Source: Tubiluchus corallicola
Taxonomy: Eukaryota > Animalia > Priapulida
Assembly (NCBI GenBank): GCA_030141605.1
Contig: JAQGDQ010000478.1
Span: 55,653-119,652, forward strand
DNA length: 64,000 nt
Direction of reading: 5' to 3'
The notes below the pieces were generated by a model, which had not been told where the DNA came from, searched no databases, and saw only the letters and a list, made by a program, of their open reading frames with translations. The stretch's first letter is position 1, and each line of letters opens with the position of its first letter. Positions 57,575-64,000 of the stretch are shown piece after piece. Made by a program: the position numbers and the translations under genes.

Positions 57575-60500
57575 ATGGCTGACTCGAGTAAGCTTGGTAC
57601 TTCTGATTTGAAACTGGGAAAAAGTTTTGCCAAAGGAACCGTGCCATCATTTAATACTATAAGATGTATGTTTTTTAACTATAAATACATTGTAATATTT
57701 CAAATTATTTATACTACAGTAGGCTCCGTGTATTAGACTCACATCGCTTAGTGACGTGATTCAGTCGCTTAATTGACTCAAAAGCGCCTAGTATGGCCGC
57801 TCCTGTTCAAGTGTATATAAAAACCGACGATAATTGGCTCAATGATTTTCATGCATGTACCCAAAAATAAGACATTAGTGTGTCAAAGGGCTTTTACTAC
57901 TTTTATGTTATGTTTACTTTCATTTTGTGCTCTATCACATACATAGAACTAGTTATGTTAAGTACAACTTTGTGTGTAAGATCGTACGTTTATCATATGT
58001 GCTATTATGCTAGCCTAGTGGTTTTGCTTTGAATGTGTCACGGGCTTACCCGCTGCTTTTCACAAGGGAAACAACCAATCACCAAACAACCAGTCATCAC
58101 CAACTGCAGCTCAAGCACTAAGATGCAGCAACAGATTTTCAATGTTTTTCTCAGTATGAGAATTTCACAAACCAACTTCTTCGTGAAGAAATAAAACAAC
58201 CGAGCTTGCTCAAATTTTTGGAATTTTTAGTGGTGATAATCAGATCTGAGTGATTTTTCATTTTCTTTTTTATTAATGCACTTATATAAATTAGCATTCT
58301 TAAATAATAATTACATATAGGTATTTTTGACATTAATTTGATTCTAAAATTCATTTAAAGCGTTTTAAAAATGTATACTGTAGTGATAAGTGAAGACTCA
58401 TACTGCTATAGTAGTAATATGCTACACCTGTCAGCTAAATAATTCGGTCAAAACACTTCCATCCCAAAGTGAGTCTATTAAGCGGTGTGTACTGTATTAA
58501 TCATTTAAAAAGTATATTAAGACCTGGCTAAAACTCATTTAAAAAAGTTGTTTCACTGTACTGTAACTGTTTGGTATAGGCATATCTGTATATGTTGCAA
58601 TTCATGGGTTTTATCATTTTAAATGAAATCGCATTTCAGCTGGTTCTAAACACATATCACCTGGTAATATTTGTTTTCATGTAACATTTAATTCTTTATT
58701 GCTATTTATTTATAAATAAGTTTAATATTTTTATTACCTGGTCTTCTGAGTGGCAAAGATCTACATGATAAAGGAATGATAAAGGAAGGATAATTTGTGA
58801 TAAAGAAAAGCTTTGATTATTTTTCATGTGACTGAAGCTAACAAAATTTACTGACATTCTAGTTTTTTAAGACTCCATTTTTCTAGCTTTAAAGCTGAAC
58901 AAGCATTTTATTATAATTCAGTTATGATCTTTGCAGATGGCACCACAAGTACTGCAAACGCATATTGGTCCATACACTGAAAGATTATATAAAGTTTTAT
59001 AAGCAGTCTATTAAGTTTTCTTGAACGAATAAATTATAAACTAACTATTTTTATGCCCTGATAATGTATTTAAAAATCTCGTAATTTAATTATTCTGTGT
59101 CTGTAATTCATTTTTTTGCTACTTGGGGGCATGTATGTTGATGAAATAGACAATATTAATAATAATAATACTAATAACTTTTCTTGAAAGACTGTTTTTT
59201 GGATGATCAGTTAACTTTACCTCAAAGACCTTTTAGGCCGACTGTAAATAACAATCTACAACTACATAACAGAGGCTATTATTACCCCCACTTTTACTCT
59301 AAATATCACGCGCCAGGCAGGGCAACAGCAGGTACCACTTTTAAGGTTTTTGGTATAACCTGACCTCCCAAACGGAAAGTGGACGCGTTAGCACTAGTCT
59401 AAATCATCTGGTCTTATTTTGCTTCTAATAAGAAGAGATAGGGTTAAGCTAAGTATTACACGTCAAGAGAAACTTTGGTGTAAAAACTACCTACTAAGGC
59501 TTAGTTTAGTCCAGTTTCACTGGCTTATCTCACTGGTATATTGCCATGGTCATAACAACAAGAAAGTCAAAAGGCCTTTAATCGGGTATGCTCAGACTAG
59601 ACAGTTTTCTTGGGCGAGTTTTCTCTCTGAGAATTAACTCGCAGGTACGAAATACTTTCCAAATTCTGTCGGCAAGTTTTTGTAAACTCTCAGAGAGTTT
59701 TTGCGAGTTCTGTCCTATAGTAAGCACGAGCTCGGGCAAGTTTTTGTAAACTCTCGGAGAGTTGCTGCGAGTTCTCTCCTATAGTAAGCACGAGCTCGGG
59801 CAAGTTTTTGTAAACTCTCGGAGAGTTTTTGCGAGTTCTCTCCTATAGTAAGCATGAGCTCGGGCAAGTTTTTGTAAACTCTCGGAGAGTTTTTGCGAGT
59901 TCTCTCCTATAGTAAGCACGAGCTCGGGCAAGTTTTTGTAAACTCTCGTAGAGTTGCTGCGAATTCTCTCCTATAATAAGCACGAGCTCGGGCAAGTTTT
60001 TGTAAACTCTCGTAGAGTTTTTTCGAGTTCTCTCCTATAGTAAGCACGAGCTCGGGCAAGTTTTTGTAAACTCTCGTAGAGTTTTTGCGAGTTCTCTCCT
60101 ATAGTAAGCACGAGCTCGGGCAAGTTTTTGTAAACTCTTGGAGAGTTTTTGCGAGTTCTCTCCTATAGTAAGCACAAGCTTGGGCAAGTTTTTGTAAACT
60201 CTTGGAGAGTTTTTGCGAGTTCTCTCCTATAGTAAGCACGAGCTCGGGCAAGTTTTTGTAAACTCTTGGAGAGTTTTCGCGAGTTCTCTCCTATAGTAAG
60301 CACGAGCTCGGGCAAGTTTTTGTAAACTCTCGTAGAGTTTTTGCGAGTTCTCTCCTATAGTAAGCACGAGCTCGGGCAAGTTTTTGTAAACTCTTGGAGA
60401 GTTTTTGCGAGTTCTCTCCTATAGTAAGCACGAGCTCGGGCAAGTTTTTGTAAACTCTCGGAGAGTTTTTGCGAGTTCTCTCCTATAGTAAGCACAAGCT

Positions 60501-63500
60501 CGGGCAAGTTTTTGTAAACTCTCGTAGAGTTTTTGCGAGTTCTCTCCTATAGTAAGCACGAGCTCGGGCAAGTTTTTGTAAACTCTCGTAGAGTTTTTGC
60601 GAGTTCTCTCCTATAGTAAGCACGAGCTCGGGCAAGTTTTTGTAAACTCTCAGAGAGTTTTTGCGAGTTCTGTCCTATAGTAAGCACGAGCTCGGGCAAG
60701 TTTTTGTAAACTCTCGTAGAGTTTTTGCGAGTTCTCTCCTATAGTAAGCACGAGCTCGGGCAAGTTTTTGTAAATTCTCGTAGAGTTTTTGCGAGTTCTC
60801 TCCTATAGTAAGCACGAGCTCGGGCAAGTTTTTGTAAACTCTCGTAGAGTTGCTGCGAGTTCTCTCCCATAGTAAGCAGGAGCTCGGGCAAGTTTTTGTA
60901 AATTCTCGTAGAGTTGCTGCGAGTTCTCTCCCATAGTAAGCACGAGCTCGGGCTCAGCAAAACTCTTGCAAAGCAACACACTAGTGAGTTTACTCTCACA
61001 GAAAACTTGGTAGTCTGAATAATTTAATAATAATAATAATAATAGTTAATAGAATATTTTAACACATTTTACATGATGATCAAATGCATCTTACAAATAA
61101 AAGATCATCAGAATTACTAAAATAATTTATCTTGACCCAACCAGTGTATCGAACTCACGACCTCGCAAACAGAAAGCGGACGTGTCACCACTAGACTAAA
61201 CCATCTGGTTATTCTAATCTGTGTAATGTATAACCTCATACATGTGTAATTTGGCAGAATTTCATAATTCTGCACCAGTTTAATAATTTTCACTTGAATG
61301 TGCAGATGACTTTAGACCAGCTTCTGTTGATACAAAAAATGTGGCTCATTTGGAAGTTGGACAAGGGTCAGAGGTGACCGTTACCGTTCCTCACGTAGAA
61401 GTAAGTGTGCAGATTAAAGGAAAACCAGATGATTGATTAGACAAAATCTTTGGACATTTACTGTTCAAAATATACAATTTCTTGCCTATAAATGCTAGCA
61501 GTCATTTCTAATATTTGACTAATTTATTTATCTTTAATAATATATTTATTCTTACTGATAATTACCCTGAAAAGTTAATTAACGGCAACCGAAGACAGGT
61601 ATTGCTTACTTCACAAATTAACCACAATTTCTGCAATGGTAGGCATTTTCAATGCGTGCCAAGCATGTTTGCATAAGCGAAGATTGCAATAAGATGCCGA
61701 TGTGATGTCGCGAAAATGAGTTCTACGTCACACTGACGTCACAGACGAACACTGCGGTTCATGATCACGCTTATCACGGTACAGCGCCTATTTATTGGCC
61801 ACACGAATGTGCCAAAAAGGCACCATTGCCAGTCTTAGTAGATTCGCTGAGCCGCACATAGCTTTGAAGGTTTAACAAAATTTAACTATCCGTGATAATT
61901 ATTAATCAGGCTAAGCTTTGATTTAAAAAAAGTTGTTGTAGTTGTCAATAGTTTAGAACATTCTGCCAATGTATTTTAGCCGATTTCACACAAGTGATAC
62001 TGTAATTTGTTACAGTGCAAACACTGCAGTTATAATTTTGCATGAAAACACATTATGTGAGGAGTAGAAACCTACAATTATATAATGTAACGTAACTGTT
62101 GTTTAGTGAGAGCAGTTTTTCATGAACCCATGCAAACGGTCCTGAAGGAGTTAAGAATTTACATTTTATTCTGGTTTGTTTTTAGGGGGCAGGTACGACA
62201 CAGACCGTTTATAAAGGCTTCAAGAAATCGTGTCACAAAGAATGTGTTCTAATCATAGACCACAATACGGGTGAAATTACAATGGAGAAACTTGGCTCAA
62301 GTATTCAGCTAAAGAAAACTAGGTGAACTTCAAATTTCTTTTAATGGCTATTACTAATACTGAAATCTACAGATACTGTTTGTTTATTATTCTGTTTGTT
62401 TATTAACCTGTTTGTTTATTAACATGTTTGTTTATTAACCTGTTTGTTTATTAACCTGTTTGTTTATTATTCTCTTTGTTTATTTACCTGTTTGTTTATT
62501 AACCTGTTTGTTTATTAACCTGTTTGTTTATTAACCTGTTTGTTTATTAACCTGTTTGTTTATTTACCTGTTTGTTTATTATTCTCTTTGTTTATTTACC
62601 TGTTTGTTTATTAACCTGTTTGTTTATTAACCTGTTCGTTTATTAAACTGTTCGTTTATTAACCTGTTTGTTTATTAACATGTTTGTTTATTAACCTGTT
62701 TGTTTATTAACCTGTTTGTTTATTATTCTCTTTGTTTATTTACCTGTTTGTTTATTAACCTGTTTGTTTATTAACCTGTTTGTTTATTAACCTGTTTGTT
62801 TATTAACCTGTTTGTTTATTTACCTGTTTGTTTATTATTCTCTTTGTTTATTTACCTGTTTGTTTATTAACCTGTTTGTTTATTAACTTGTTCGTTTATT
62901 AAACTGTTTGTTTATTAACCTGTTTGTTTATTAACCTGTTTGTTTATTAACCTGTTTGTTTATTAACCTGTTCGTTTATTAACCTGTTCGTTTATTAACC
63001 TGTTCGTTCATTAACCTGTTCGTTCATTAAACTGTTCGTTCATTAACCTGTTCGTTCATTAACCTATTCGTTCATTAACCTGTTCGTTTATTAACCTGTT
63101 CGTTCATTAACCTGTTCGTTCATTAACCTGTTCGTTCATTAACCTGTTCGTTCATTAACCTGTTCGTTCATTAACCTGTTCGTTCATTAACCTGATTTTT
63201 TATTAACCTGTTCGTTTATTAACCTGTTCGTTTATAAACCTGTTCGTTTATTAACCTGTTTGTTTATTAACCTGTTCGTTTATTAACCTGTCTTTATGTT
63301 AAATCTAATATTTTATCAGTAAATGTACTAAACAACTTATATTTTTACCTTGCAGGAGTGAAGGTAGTAGCAAAAGTAGTCGACCAGTCACTCCTATAGA
63401 ACGTAGAGGAACACCACCACCCCCGCCACCACCAGCAAACATTCCAACCTCAAGTAAAGTTAAAACGTCACATTCAAAACATTCAGCTGTGAAACCAGCA

Positions 63501-63510
63501 AGTAAGGAGG
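57575..63510 (+). CDS. EAF: ELL-associated factor (EAF1/2 homolog), 5' part; gene continues beyond the window
   Basis: Exons 57575-57665, 61306-61400, 62186-62322, 63356-63510, GT-AG and in phase. Translation [71 protein letters not shown] matches the EAF N-terminal domain. Not in the ORF track. Confidence 0.92.
57717..58494. mobile_element. Tc1/mariner (pogo/Tigger-like) MITE in EAF intron 1
   Basis: TA|CAGTAGGCTCCGTGTATTAGACTCAC ... GTGAGTCTATTAAGCGGTGTGTACTG|TA: imperfect 26-bp TIRs with TA TSD. Confidence 0.8.
59215..59412 (-). mobile_element. tRNA-derived SINE remnant
   Basis: Minus strand starts ACCAGATGATTTAGACTAGTG (A-box-like), the same head as 61125-61210. Confidence 0.6.
59584..61021. 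mobile_element. TIR element (Harbinger-like ends) containing a 64-bp tandem array
   Basis: TCAGACTAGACAGTTTTCT and AGAAAACTTGGTAGTCTGA are inverted; about 20 units of a 64-bp repeat lie between (about 59665-60955). Confidence 0.75.
61125..61210 (-). mobile_element. tRNA-derived SINE head
   Basis: Minus strand ACCAGATGGTTTAGTCTAGTGG...GAGTTCGATAC: A box and B box at Pol III spacing, no intact cloverleaf. Confidence 0.65.
61455..61960. mobile_element. old dispersed repeat, inverted partner at 55590-56070
   Basis: Diverged reverse complement of 55590-56070. Confidence 0.6.
62376..63290. repeat. 16-bp minisatellite (TATTAACCTGTTTGTT)n filling EAF intron 3
   Basis: About 57 units; composition shifts from GTTTGTTT to GTTCGTTC towards the 3' end. 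Confidence 0.95.
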
Positions 63511-64000
63511 GTAAGATAATTAAATCCAAGTGTGAGGATATGGAGTTTTGAAAATATTATGAATTTTCTGCACTGATAAGAGAAAACTATTGACTAAATG
63601 TTGTCAAATCAATCCACTTTTAATGTATGACCCATGTGGTAATGAAGAGAATGCTATGTTTTCTTAATCTGTTTATCCAAGATGCAAATGCCGTTTACTG
63701 CAATATTTTATTTGGGTTCCATTTTCTCTGCTAAGTTAACCTTAGCCGTAATTCAGTTTAATAAAAAAAATTTTAAACAACTAGTAGTGATAATTGTTAT
63801 GACGAATATTGTCCATTTACAGAAAACAGTGTAAAGCAGCAGGTGCAGTTCGTTAGAAAACATTTGGAAAGGAAAGATAACAGATTTTCATTTCTGGAAG
63901 TTTTTGTTGTTTCAAATGTCACATAGTGTTAAAAAAATCTATTGATTATGGAATACCTCAGTCACAGAGTACTTTTTCTGGGTACCTAGCAGGTTCACTA

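Noticed and set aside
61125-61210. Possible tRNA gene
   Set aside because: A and B boxes are present but no acceptor stem forms; the head is shared with a SINE remnant at 59215-59412.
52431-61741. Additional TGACGTCA sites at about 52431, 55812 and 61734
   Set aside because: Isolated and inside transposon-derived repeats, so not counted as regulatory clusters.

Overview
AT-rich, intron-rich animal genomic DNA, probably an invertebrate (lophotrochozoan-like; the taxon cannot be fixed from sequence alone). Five protein-coding genes can be reconstructed by hand with consistent splice phases: METTL2 (+, 8 coding exons), an alpha-tubulin (+, 4 exons), an NR4A/HR38 nuclear receptor (+, about 9 coding exons, about 1010 aa, with a long Ser-Pro-rich N-terminus and CRE clusters upstream), a C2H2 zinc-finger gene (-) and, head-to-head with it, an ELL-associated factor gene (EAF, +, running off the window). 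The rest is non-autonomous DNA transposons (hAT, piggyBac, pogo/Tigger, Harbinger-like, TTAA/Kolobok-like), a solo-LTR-like family, LINE/SINE remnants and over a dozen unrelated minisatellites. The most unusual pattern is local tandem amplification of functional boundary sequences: an NR4A splice donor copied 19 more times, a duplicated METTL2 acceptor, intron-filling arrays that resemble branch points or acceptors, amplified transposon termini, and insertions flanked by duplications over 100 bp. Most long ORFs in the supplied track are repeat artefacts. All coordinates were counted by hand and no database search was run.
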